NCBI GenBank assembly: GCA_043228905.1
Contig: JBHGNT010000009.1
Span: forward strand, 11,098,001-11,162,000
From: Azolla caroliniana
Taxonomy: Eukaryota > Plantae > Polypodiophyta
Direction of reading: 5' to 3'
Length of the DNA stretch: 64,000 nt
The number at the start of each line of letters is the position of its first letter. The stretch's first letter is position 1. The notes under the pieces were generated by a model, which ran no database searches, was not told where the DNA came from, and saw only the letters and a list, made by a program, of their open reading frames with translations. The translations under genes and the position numbers were made by a program. Below are positions 1-14,599 of this stretch, in pieces.

Positions 1-109
1 ACAATCTCTTCCTAATGAACATGATCTCATATTCTTCTTTCTCCTAGTCCAAAACCCCAGCGGTTCCCACCCGACTCATGCAAACGATCCGGCGCCGAAA
101 GGCACGACA
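1..109 (+). mobile_element. 3' end of an LTR (TGTCG...GACA group; same family as solo LTR 12795-13508), inserted into the RT of a Tcn1-like element
   Basis: About 24-109 matches about 13424-13508 and ends GGCACGACA; followed by ACGC and host RT sequence. Confidence 0.8.
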
Positions 110-479
110 ACGCGATCTTCCATTCATCTCCTGGTCGGATCCGTACGAGGTTATATGCTCCCCGTAAGTCGATCTTCGTGAAGAACCTTGCACCATTGAT
201 CCGTTCTAAAAGACTTGAGATAAGGGGAAGTGCATACCTTTTCCTGATTGTGACCTTATTCAAGCCACGGTAATCCACAACGAGATGAAGTGATCCATCT
301 TTTTTCTTGACGAAGAAAATGGGTGCGCCGGCTAGAGATTTCAAATGCCGAATGAAACCATTTGCCAAATTTTCCTCTATATAGGCTCGAAGGACTTCCA
401 GTTCGGTTGGTGACAAATTGTAGATCAGTCCCCATGGAGGCTCTTTTCCCGGTTGCAAATCGATGGGGCAATCATACGG

Positions 480-2568
480 TGTCGAGTTATTACGCAAGTG
501 CGTGTGGAAACGAGGCGGGACCGCGGGGGTCTCGAACCAAAGAGCAAGCGAGGGAGGAGAAAGAGAGAGAACCGGCTACGCAGGACCGGGGATACACAGG
601 GACACGGCCCTTCAGCACGGAGAACGCGAACAGACACCGACACAGACAGATGCGAATGACTAAATATGTATATTAACAAAAACGGCTAACACGACTACAA
701 CCCTCGATGGGGCACAGGTTGGTTACAACCGAACAGGCCGGCGAACAGATGCCGATGCTTGTTCGCTTCGACGCACAAAGGGGTAGCAGGTCGGAGGTGC
801 TGCCGGAAGCACTCGGGCGTTCCTCGAAACAGCGCGAGCCTCCTCGGAAACCTGCACAGAAAAGCTATGGAGCTCAAGAAGGAAGGAAACAGAGAGAGAA
901 GCGTCCAGAAACGGTCCGACAGCACTTCGTCCTCTCTGCGCGAGATGCCTGCAACAGCTCTTTCCTGCTCCTTATATTGGCCGACGAGCAGGCCGTCATG
1001 TCAGCTTTATTCCCTGTCCCTTTTGGACAGGGATCCGCTCCGTTCTTCACGCATCCGCATAGTTACGCCACCGGCTCGTACAGTTCCTTAACTCGCGCGC
1101 GCGACTGAAAAGACTGTTCGCGCGGTCTTTGTCTCCACTTGTGTTAGGGCCCGTTCCTGCCGATTATCCTCCTAATTCGCTTCTATGTACAACTTGGAGC
1201 GTGCGCGCGTGAAGAACCGGTTCCCACGCCTTGGTGCGCCGATTCCGCTTATGGACGGTTTTCTTCACGACATCCGCCCCCACCTAACCGCGCATCCTCC
1301 GGTATGCGCCAAGAGAGTTGGGACGGAGAAAACCGGCCCGTCTTCATTCCTCGCCCGTCGGTTCTTCCTCGTTTTCGGATCGTTCGTCACTGCTGACTAG
1401 GAGAGCTGGGTCTGGCTCGTCGTCGTGTCGCTTCTTGAACGCTTTGATCCGCTTCCCTGCAACCGGTATCGCCATTCTCGTGCCGTCTAGTTCCGCCAAG
1501 TGATATGTCCCGTTGTCATTGGCGCTCCGTACCACGTAAGGCCCGAACCACCTTCGTGCGAACTTCCGTGTAGCTCGGTGCTGGTTGTCGAGGCTGCTGT
1601 CATAGACGAGCACCCAGTCACCTTCTTCGATTTTCTTCGGTCGGAGCCGGTGCGTTCGGTCGAACCTGGCTTTGTTCTTTGTCCTCGCCACCCGGAGCTT
1701 CTCCGCAGCCAGTTCCACGTCCTCCGGTCTCCGCTCGAGCTGTCGTATACGCGCGGCCAACAACTCCTCCCGGCTCATCTCGTCCCTCCAGTCGACCGTT
1801 GCCCACGAGGAGATCGTCCGTTCCATCGGCATGATCGGCTTCTGGCCGAACATGAGCTCCGTCGGCATGTATCCGGTTACCGAACTGTGCGTGGTCCGGT
1901 CTGCCCACAAAGCATAAGGTAGCAGTCGCGGCCAGTTACCGACTTGGCCTCCGCATGCTCGAACCAGCGCCTTGACGATCGGTCCGTGTCCGCGCTCCAC
2001 CTTTCCATTCGCCTCCGGATTGTACGCAGTGGTGAGCGAGAGCTTGACTCCCAGCCGGTCGAACAGCTCCGCGGCTTCTTCGGCGTCCAACTCCCCTCGG
2101 TCAGCCACGATCTTCCCGACGCACCCGTACCGGCATATCACGTCCTCGATTAGGAACCGACATACGACCGCGGTCGTTTTGTTCGGAAGGGCCCGGCCTT
2201 CCACCTGGTTCGTCAGATCCTCCCGCGCTAGGACCAGGTACCGCATCTGTCCTACCCCCATTGGCATCGTCACCAGATCTACCATCCATTTGAAGTGGAT
2301 GGTCGGAGGGTACGTAGGGTGAAGCTCGTCCCGGTGTCGGACCACGGAGTGCATCTGACAGCTCTCGCAAGTTGTCACTAATCGATGCACGTCCCGGTAC
2401 AGTCCCGGCCACCAGTACTTCTCCTTTATCTTCTCGAACGTGGCCCAAGTTCCACGGTGTCCGGCCCAAGGGCTGTCGTGGTAGGCCGTCAGCAGCTCCT
2501 CCTGTTCCTCCTTCATCGCCACCACCCGGAGCGGAGCGCCGTCCCTCTTCTTCGGGTGCTTCCATAGA
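480..2568 (-). mobile_element. 5'-truncated non-chromovirus Ty3/Gypsy element: integrase, PPT and 3' LTR (480-1272)
   Basis: On the minus strand the LTR reads TGTCGTGAAGAAAACC...CTCGACA; PPT GGTGGGGGCGGA at 1273-1284; integrase homologous to 35500-36480. Confidence 0.88.
1344..2568 (-). CDS. Gypsy integrase (HHCC, DDE core, GPY motif); the ORF-track N-terminus beyond 2568 is a junction artefact
   Basis: YHDSPWAGH...CESC, VDL/ADRGE/NGKVER core and WFGPY motifs. Confidence 0.85.
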
Positions 2569-4517
2569 TTATTGGTGAGGAAGCTTATTGGCTTGTACCT
2601 TATCGAACACATCGGCATAATGAGGATACTTCTCTGGAAGTTGAACGGTGGACTCCTCTTTAGTGGTGCTGGAGGGTTTTACTGATATTGTGGAGAGAAA
2701 CATTTCTTCCTTGCATCCTTCCTCACGCAACTGATGTAGCGAAATGGTTGCAATCTTATGAGTGGATCCTCGGGTTTGTTGAAACCATATTTCTCTTGTT
2801 CTCCAATCTATGTCTGCGTTATGTAATTCGAACCATGGTAATCCCAAAACAATGGGATGTTCTGGGATACTAATTATATTAAATGATATTACACACGCTA
2901 AGTTATCTAGGACAATATTAACGGGCTCTGACTCTTCTATGATATTTCCGGAAGCGATGGGATGACCATCAATGACTACTACAGAGGCTGGACACGAGAG
3001 TTTTCTTAGGGATATCTGATGAGCTTGGGCAAAATTCCTATCCATGAAGCAAGAGTTGGCTCCGGAATCTAAGAGTGTTAAGACATGTACTAGAGGAGTA
3101 CTTTTAGTACTAACCATTACTTGAGCTAAGAACACATTGCTAACTTGCTTAGAAGAAATGGAACCACTAATGGGTTGCACAGATCTAGGGTTGTCCAACC
3201 AAACGACTCCTATTTTGAATGGACTTAGTCGTTTAACTCTTCTTCTAGTTGACTAAGGATTTCAAATTTATTTGAAAGGCTCGGGCTATTAGGACTATCG
3301 GACACACCTAGAGAAATAGACTTGGGTTTAGTACTATTAGTATTAGCGATTATTTGATTTACCTGCCTTTTTGGCCGATGGGGACAGTTCACTGAAATAT
3401 GCCCCAGTCCCCCGCAACACAGACATAGTGGATTTGCCCTACATCGTTGCTTTTCTTCTTCCGATAGTGGTCTGCGACGACATGTGGTGTCGATTTACAT
3501 TGGAGTCGGAGTATTTGTTGGAGATGCATTATATGACTCCCTCGGAAAAGGTTTCGCTACCACTGAAGCGTAGGTGGACTCTGATCTTGCCCTTGGCATC
3601 TGGAATTGTTGTTCCAAACGTCTTTCGAAAAGATGGTTGTCGCATCTCACCGCGCGACTGATTGCTTCTGTTAATGACTTTGGTTCTTCGGGGAAGGTCA
3701 AGAGTAAATCCTTGACATCATTGCGTAAACTATAACGAATTTGCTCCATCAATGCTTGATCATCCCAAAGGATATCGGCGGCGAGTAGGCGGAAATCTGC
3801 AGCGTATGCGGAGGCTGGACGATCACCTTGGTGTAATCGCCGGATTTTGTTGATTGCAGTTCTTATGTTGTCAGTATCTCCAAAACAGGCTTTAAACTCA
3901 CTTATAAATTCTTCAAAATTGTTTAGTAATGGAGATTCCTTTTCTAACAACGGAGTGAACCATGCCAATGTTGAGCCACTAAGTAGGGTGCCTACTAGTC
4001 CCACTCGTGATGCATCGGTGAGATATCAATAAGGATGCATTCGAATCACTAAACGTACCTAGTTCAAAAAACCTCTAAACTGTGATCGGGTCCCATCAAA
4101 TTTTGCAAGAAGACCGATCTTGGATTCTTTGTGAATCCCTTGAGTGCTTGATCCTTGTTGTTGTAATGATACAATAGTCGCTTCAATTTGTTGTACACGT
4201 AACGTCAGCTCCCCGTGTTGTTGTTGTTTTTCTAGCACTATTTGTTGAAGATCCCCCAACAAACGGTGATTTTCTTGTTCTAGTGCTACAAATTTCTCCT
4301 TTAAGCACTAGAGCTCCGAGAAAACAGATTGGTATTCCTGAGCGCTAACAATTTCCATTTTACTAGGGAGGATAAGAGGATTAGTATGAAGGGAAGAAAG
4401 GGGTAAGAAGATGAGGGAAACCGAAAAGAAGACCAGAAAAAGGGGATATGTAAGAAGATAATTTAAGGAAGAGGAGGGAAGGAGGAGACGAAAGGAGGAC
4501 GGGAAATCGGTTCAAAC

Positions 4518-4617
4518 TGTCAGGATCAGTACTAAGACAGAGAAGGAATTAGTACTAAAAGGTGAGGATTAGTACTAAGAGAGGTGTAGAACTCTCGAGA
4601 GAAGGAAAGAGTGAGCG

Positions 4618-4650
<33 letters not shown>

Positions 4651-4959
4651 AAGGGTGAGAGAATGATGATAAAAGATATATATTATGTGAAGGGAGTATA
4701 CAATAGTAGCTAGGAGGCTTAAGACTGGTGTTTAACCGATTCGGTTCGAAATAATGTCTTGTGCCTCCTTTTATAGTATTCTCAGGAATACTCTTGAAGT
4801 TTCTAGAATGTTCCAGAGAAATCTGGAATATACATCAATTTTCCATAATAAAACTTAAATGAAAATAATATCTTACGTATTACAATAGATGGTATGATGG
4901 TCAAGAGCTCGACCTATGTAACCTAAGGTCATGGTTTCGAGTCTTTCCATATCATGACA
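4518..4959 (-). repeat. 5' LTR of the decayed Tcn1-like element
   Basis: TGTCA...TGACA termini; homologous to LTRs 25686-26152 and 30987-31445. Confidence 0.9.
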
Positions 4960-7040
4960 ATCATGGCCTTTGCCACCTCTACTAGTGCCAATTCTTTCGT
5001 TCGGCTACTCTGTTTTGTTGAGGTGTGTGTCGGCATTAGAATTCTCGTTGAATTCCTTCTTTTCGGAGGTACGCTGTAAAATCGTTTGAGAAATACTCCT
5101 TGCCTCCATCCCATCGAAGGCATCGAACATGCTGACTTGTGGCCTTTTCAATTTCGTTTTTAAACCGTTGGAAGTGTTTGAACACTTCACTCTTTTGCCA
5201 CATCAGATAGATATAGACCTGCCTCGAGAAGTCGTCAATAAACGTGACATAATATCGGCATCCGCCGAATGTGGTTGTCTATGTTGGTCCCCATACATCT
5301 GAATGTACTACATCTAGGATTCATTTGCTCATATTCCTGTCTTTCGGGAATGGTTGTCAGTGTTGTTTGTTGAATTGGTAGGCTTCACATACACCTGTAA
5401 TCTCCTTCTCGGTAAATGTCGGAAGTCCAATCATGACTCCTTTCGATTGCATCCTTTTAAGCTTTTGGAGATTAATGTGGCTAACTCGCTTGTGCCACAG
5501 TTTCAAGTCAGTTTCGACTTTGATACCGTTTCTAAACATGGCGGACTTTAAATCACTCAACTCAAGGATGAACATTCGGCCTTCTCGACGATCATGCGCT
5601 ATGATTTGATTGTCTTTTTCAATGAAGCACCCTTCACTATTGAACTGCACTTGTATGCCATGTTCTACTATATGGTCGACCGAGAGCATATTTTTCGTGA
5701 TGGTTGGGACATGCAAGATGTTTTTGAGGTAGGTTTGTTTGCCATCATTCTCTAATGGGACATTTCTGATATGCCGAATTGAGTGAGTTGTGTCATCTCC
5801 GGTTTCGACATAGCCGGACCGATCGAGCTTTCGTAATTCTCGCAACCAATCTTTGATGCTCCCGAGTCGACAAACCATACATTGCCTGAAGGAGAGGTGC
5901 TTGTCTCACCTTGTGTCGACATCGAATGCGCTTTGTGCCTCATCATGAACATTCCGCCAGAATCGTCCTAGTTGGGGATCGAAGCATAGTTAGTGAGTTG
6001 TCGGCTAGTCGAAGCCGATTCTTGTTGCTTCTTTCGGCACTCCTCTTCGTAGTGGCTAGGTTTTCCATAGTACATGCATTCGATCAGGTTATTGCGATGG
6101 CTCGGTCCGGTAGGATGGCTCCTCCTTCTGCCAAACTCTCTAGGATTGCTCCTACCTCTTGCCATTGGTAGGAGTTGCATTCTCGGGTCAGCTGACTCTG
6201 TCGCCCTCAGCCGAATCCACCTTTGTTTCCTTGGCCAAATCCTCTTCTATCATCCGACTGGGAGTAGAGCATCTGACCATAGGATGCATTGCTCCATTGT
6301 CGGGCATGATTTTCTTCCACCAATAGTATTGACTAAAGGCCGAAAAAGGAAGGTGGATTCTCCCTTGCGAGAATGGCCGATCTAATCGTGCCGAATCGAG
6401 GTGCCAAGTTGCCGAGGAAAATTTGCAACATCTCATCATCATCGATGATGATATTGATCGATCCGAGGGCATCACACAACTCCTTGATCATCAAGGTATA
6501 GTTGGTGATCAACATATCCCTCTGTTGCATGTTATTCAACTCTTGTCGGAGTTGGAGCTTTCGTGTATCCTTATTGGCCGCAAAAATCTTCTTGAGATTG
6601 CCCCAAGCTTCTTTCGGTGTTTTCGACTCTCGAATATAGTCGAGCATGTGATCATGAACGCATGATGCAAGGCAATACAACACACGGCTTGTGGCCTGCT
6701 CCCACACTAGTGAGTTGGCGTGTGTTGGGTTGGGTTGCGTTTCGTGAGTTCCTTCGATGTAGCTCCAATAACCTTTTCCAACAAGGTATTGATGCATCTT
6801 GTATTCCCAAGATGCAAAGTTTTTCCTAGCGAGCTTCTCCGTAGGAAGAGCGTTTCCCATCTGAGTATTCATGATGTCGATTTCTTTCTCTGTTGCTTGA
6901 ACCGGTTTTGTTGGTTGTCGGAGTTGTGATCACAACACAGTTGAGCGAGTTTGATAAGACAACCACATGCTCTGATACCATGTAAAGAAGGTGAGACGTA
7001 GGTGGTGCTATGCAATGGAAGCGAACTCTATGTGTGTGAG
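4960..7040 (-). mobile_element. Decayed Ty1/Copia fragment (partial LTR, tRNA-iMet PBS, gag, protease, integrase N-terminus); same lineage as 17001-22659
   Basis: PBS TGGTATCAGAGC ending at 6980; gag ORF 6333-6872; WFVDSGAS protease; LWHKR pre-integrase motif. Confidence 0.85.
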
Positions 7041-7050
7041 TACATGTAAG

Positions 7051-7081
<31 letters not shown>

Positions 7082-7399
7082 AGAGCCCAGATGGATGTAG
7101 CTCAGTTGGTAAGGTTGCCCAATGGAGACCAGGTGGTCATGGGTACCCTACATTTCACAGTGGCATCTAGTGAAATAGAGATATGAAGTATATAATAGAG
7201 AGGTGAGGAAATTGGGTTTCGAACCCAAGACACGGTGCTTGTAGTGTTATCAACTTACCACTAGGGTAAGCGAATTATGATAAAAAAAAGAGAGAGAGAG
7301 AGAGAGCTTCCCAACCAAAGGCCACACCCCCATTCCATTCCATTCATTTCAGTATGTATGTATGTATGTATGTATATGAATGTACAGATTTGGGTTGAG

Positions 7400-7408
7400 T
7401 TAGGGTTT
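7400..7408 (-). promoter_or_regulatory. Telo-box (AAACCCTAA) upstream of the ribosomal protein gene
   Basis: TTAGGGTTT about 130 bp upstream of the RPS5 ATG; telo-boxes are typical of plant ribosomal protein promoters. Confidence 0.5.
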
Positions 7409-7416
7409 ACTCCTCG

Positions 7417-7449
<33 letters not shown>

Positions 7450-7452
7450 TTT

Positions 7453-7484
<32 letters not shown>
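7417..7484 (+). repeat. (TAC)n and (TC)n microsatellites in the RPS5 promoter/5' UTR
   Basis: Seen directly in the sequence. Confidence 0.85.
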
Positions 7485-7487
<3 letters not shown>

Positions 7488-7537
7488 GAAAAGAGAACTG
7501 AAGAAAGCAGACGTGTCTCAGGCAGAGAGAAGAAGCC

Positions 7538-10320
<2,783 letters not shown>

Positions 10321-12376
10321 GGTTTTAGTCTCCCTATGATGCATTGAGAAGAAAGAAGAGGAAATAACATCTTTCATTTTTGTTAGTTGTATCGCGTTTC
10401 TTGGTTTTTTGGGCATGGCAGAAACTTTTCTTTATTTCTAGTGATCTAAGTGCTTCTAGCCTGGCTCTATGGTGTAATATGGTTTTGCCTACTTCTATTA
10501 GTGGAAATATTTGAGAATGCTTTTATTGCAATATGTTTCATATTTCTTGGAGGTTGGGAATTTCTGAGAAACAATGTTACATACGAAAGAAAATGAGTTC
10601 GAGTTTCGTGTAGAGGGGAGAGTAGTAGCTTTTATCTTATAAAAAACGATTATATCTTGAATTGGAAACGGTTTGGCAAGCCCAAACCAAACTGGTGAAG
10701 CCTTAACAGGATTTGAGAGTTTTCAAAGTTGAACTGAAGCACTGAAGCAATTCCTAAACATTAATGAGTTTAGGAACCGGTTTGGCCTGAAGTGGTTTGA
10801 TTCGGCTTGAGGCTTGCCAAATCAAGCCTAAACCTATTAAGAGGGTCAAGCCTGAATTGGGCTTACCAAACTGCCAAACCGTCCAACTGTTTAAATACGG
10901 TTTAACGGCTCTGTTTAGGCTTGAGCTGAGCTGTTGCTGACTCCTAAATCTACACTTAATCAATCCAAGAACTTCTAGGAATTGAAACTGTTGAGGCTAT
11001 TGTGAAGAATTGTGAATACTGGGTCTCTTGCTATTGAGGATTGGCAAGAGTGCTCTTGTGTTATTCATAGGAAAATTTGTCTCTTTGTCCACTGGAGACT
11101 AATCTTGTTGGGACCCTTGCTATGGAGGATTAGCATCAAGGTTATTCATAGTTAAAGCATCTACAGTTTAGGGGTTTTGGGAGGATTAGGAGTGAATTAA
11201 TTGCATGCACTTTCTTGTGGAAAGATAAATGAGTTCTGTTAAATTCTTGTTTATGTTTGTAATTGCAACTCTGCAGAATTTTGCTACTCCTATGGTTTAC
11301 AGGAACTTATATATAGAAAGATAAATGAGTTTCAAATTGCAACTTCATATAAATCCAGGTTGACATAGAACATGATAAACATTTGGAAATGCATTTGTTC
11401 TATTAAGTACCTATCTGTGAATGATATAATATGCGATGCTCATGTAAAAATTTATGTTCTGTTTTCAGTGAAGTACTCATTTTAAAATCCGAGTCAGGCT
11501 TGTTGCTTGTCATGGTTGAGATGTTTTATTGTGGTCTAAACCCCTAAACCCTACATTGCTGTAGGCTATACGCATGTGTTTTGGTATAGTCGAAGGTTTC
11601 TTTCTTTGATTATGTAATCAGTCAAAAATTTTCAATTATTCTAGAAATAGTATTCATTGACATGTGCACACGCACATGCACACGCACTTCATGTTTTTGT
11701 CATTTGTTTTGTGTATCATTGCTTATGGATTGTTGAGCATGGTGGTTGGCCCCATGCAAAATGCACTCAAGGATGGAGAGATCTTAGTGTAATTTTTCCA
11801 ATTGCATCTCTAGCACTATTGGTGTAAAACAAGGTTGCCCCCTATCACCGCCTCTTTTTGGTATCTACATTGATGAGATCATAGATTTTATTGCTTGTAA
11901 GGGAGGCAACGGAGTAGTCCTTGGGGATATGCAGGTTCGTATCTTGCTCTATGCAGATGACATATTTTTGCTCTTTGAATCCAAACACGACCTACAAAGG
12001 CACCTTACTGCGTTAGTTGACATTTGCACACACTGAGGATTGGTAGTGAATTTAGGGAATACTAAAGTCCTTATCTTCCACACATCAGCCCAAGTTAGAG
12101 CTAAGTGTCACCTAACCATCTCCCATAGCCTAGTTGAGGTGGTTGGATCATATGTTTATCTCAGAGTCACTTTCAGTGCTTGCTCAGGTAAAGTTTTTAT
12201 GACACATGCAACAAAGGATAGACTTATGAGAGGACATGCATCCCTCTCACTCCTAGAGAGACAATGCCACCAAGTATACTTTCAAGAGCCACAGACTTAA
12301 GGGTGGCTCTTTGACTCATTAGTGACCCTTTCCCGTCTCTTTTTGGTATCTACATTGATGAGATCATAGATTTTAT

Positions 12377-12493
12377 TGCTTGTAAGGGAGGCAACGGAGT
12401 AGTCCTTGGGGATATGCAGGTTCGTATCTTGCTCTATGCAAGATACGAACCTGCATATCCCCAAGGACTACTCCATTGCCTCCCTTACAAGCA
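12377..12493. repeat. 56-bp inverted repeat (hairpin) built from duplicated LINE RT sequence
   Basis: Arms 12377-12432 and 12438-12493, loop TCTAT, one mismatch; source sequence at about 11893-11955. Confidence 0.9.
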
Positions 12494-12794
12494 TCTTTCA
12501 TGTGGACGCAATTAGAGAGACCATTGGTGATGATGTTATCATGCCAACTCCAAATCAAATCTGCAATACCACATGGCATTATTAGAGCGAAGTTCACTTT
12601 ACCCTCGATGTTAGTAGAGGCACTCTTTCAACTTGTAGTCTTTATTCATAGGATACATAGCCAACCACATGATAGGATATCTCGATCATTGTATGAGTCC
12701 ACCTATACTAACTCATGGTATGGCATGTGGTGAGTTGGCTTCTTGCAAACGGTCTATACATTAATAACCTACCTCCCCTTAGGTACAACCATGC

Positions 12795-13508
12795 TGTCGT
12801 AGTGTAGTCCGCACACTACGTGAAAAATGTAAAAATAATATATATTATTTAAGTACATATATATAAATAAAATAAAATATTAAAGTATTTATTACATGCA
12901 TAGGGCAAGATTCGAACCCTATACCTCCATGCAAATAAACCAAAACTTTACAATTGTATTAACTTATCATAAGTGTTATAAATATAGATTTAATAGGTAT
13001 AAGACTTTTATTTATGCCTACCTTTATTAAAAGGTAAATCATGCATTTTTAGTGCGTGAATACTTTATTTACAAGAAAAATATAAACCAATAAAAAAATA
13101 TTCGTGTACATCTAACGTGCATGAGCACTATATTTAAGAAATAAAAGCATAGTGGAAAAAGCAACTCATGCACATTTAGTGTGCATGAACACTTTAGAAA
13201 AAGTAGGAAGCTATGCTTAGTCTCTCCCATCCTTATATAAGGAGGAGAGAAAGATGTATACGGGGGTTGATTATTTTGTAAGGATTGACCAATATAATAT
13301 ATTCGTGGGATTCACGAATTTGTCATCTAAATTGTCTCTTACTATCTAAATATTGATTAAATACACTAAACTCGTGGGATATTCATAACTTACCTCTCTC
13401 TCTACCTATTCATTACTAGCCTTATCTCATATTCTTCTTTCTCCTAGTCCAAAACCTCAGTGGTTCCCACTCGACTCACGCAACGATTCGGAGCCGAAAG
13501 GCACGACA
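12795..13508 (+). mobile_element. Solo LTR (TGTCGT...ACGACA), 4-bp TSD ATGC/ACGC
   Basis: Inverted 6-bp termini; TATA-like motif at about 13236; the host LINE sequence rejoins across it; second copy at 1-109. Confidence 0.8.
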
Positions 13509-14599
13509 ACGCAATTGATAACACTCTAATCTCTCATGAGGATCGTAATAAAGTAATATGCCAAGAAATATGGCAAATTTAAACTCGATACAAATGGATC
13601 ACCCCACTAGAGCCACTGCCATAAAAAATGTTGTACTATAAGGAACAATTCATACACTTCTTTAAGTTAGGCTTTATTACACAGCCAAAATATCTAGATG
13701 CATTCTTACCAAATGCACTAAGGGTTTCCATTGGACAACTTAGAACATCATCTCACCAAGTTGAGATTGAGAATGGTTGTACTAATGGAGTCCCTAGGGA
13801 GGAAAGGATATGTAGACTATGTTACATAGAGGTAGAGGATGAGTACCACTTTACATGCAAGTGTCCAACTTACGTCGAGATAAGGGCAAAATACCGAGAC
13901 GTACTTGGTTTGTCTCCCACCTTCCCCAAACTATTAGATACTCTATATATAAGGAAATTGGGCAGATATCTCATAGAACTAAAACAGCACAAAGAGAATA
14001 AGCTACAAAATGTTGACAATAATGTTTCTAATATTCACCAACATGTAACAAATGAAGTTTTTCTGGGACAAGGGGAGACACCGAATGTCAACACACCTAC
14101 ACCAGTTGGCCTCTTCCTTGATGAAGTAGAAAACTAAAGAAGAACCAAACGACCTCAGATGCTGAGTTTCAAAGCAACTCAATGTGGTGTAGAAGCAATT
14201 AAGAAAATAAGGGAATGTGAGCTACACCACCTAGAACCCATGGCTAGGGCATTCTCTACACCGGGACTAGGGGTCACACCAAGACCAACACCCTTTGACC
14301 TCCCACTTCTTTTCAAGAGGCTTGGATGGAAATGAAATTAGGCTTAGTGCAAAGTCCTTTCCTTTATCGAACGTGTTACACCATACCAAGTTTTGTACAA
14401 TACTAGAACTCTTTTATCTTAATTTATATTATTATTATTATTATTCTTTAGTTTTGATGATTGGATAAATACCCCATTTTGTTGTACACCAATTGTCTCA
14501 TGGGCCAAATTTGGCTTTATAAGACTTTAATATATCTTTCTATGGGGGCCTCTCAGCTTGCCCCTCCCTCTCCTAGGGTCATCTTCTATTACAAGGGCC

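Larger units (their letters stand above)
110..4959 (-). mobile_element. Decayed Tcn1-like Ty3/Gypsy chromovirus (5' LTR, gag, protease, RT N-terminus), interrupted by a Gypsy insertion at 480-2568
   Basis: ORFs 3495-4262 (gag), 2569-3198 (LLDSGA protease) and 110-479 (RT) are colinear with the intact element at 25686-31445; stop codons in gag. Confidence 0.9.
11780..14330 (+). pseudogene. Decayed non-LTR retrotransposon ORF2 (RT plus C-terminal Cys domain), RTEX-like; split by a solo LTR
   Basis: GVKQGCPLSP...LLYADD RT motifs at about 11821-11960; LRTSSH..IE.G...REERICRLC...EDEYHF..C C-terminal domain in ORF 13628-14137. Confidence 0.8.

Noticed and set aside
7090-7270. Functional tRNA genes at the A/B-box motifs (also at 12907, 31382, 41308 and 41631)
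   Set aside because: No convincing acceptor or anticodon stems; kept only as tRNA-like promoter modules.
10667-10910. MITE-like segment with ACGGTTTGGCA/TGCCAAACCGT inverted motifs downstream of RPS5
   Set aside because: No clear termini or TSD could be defined.
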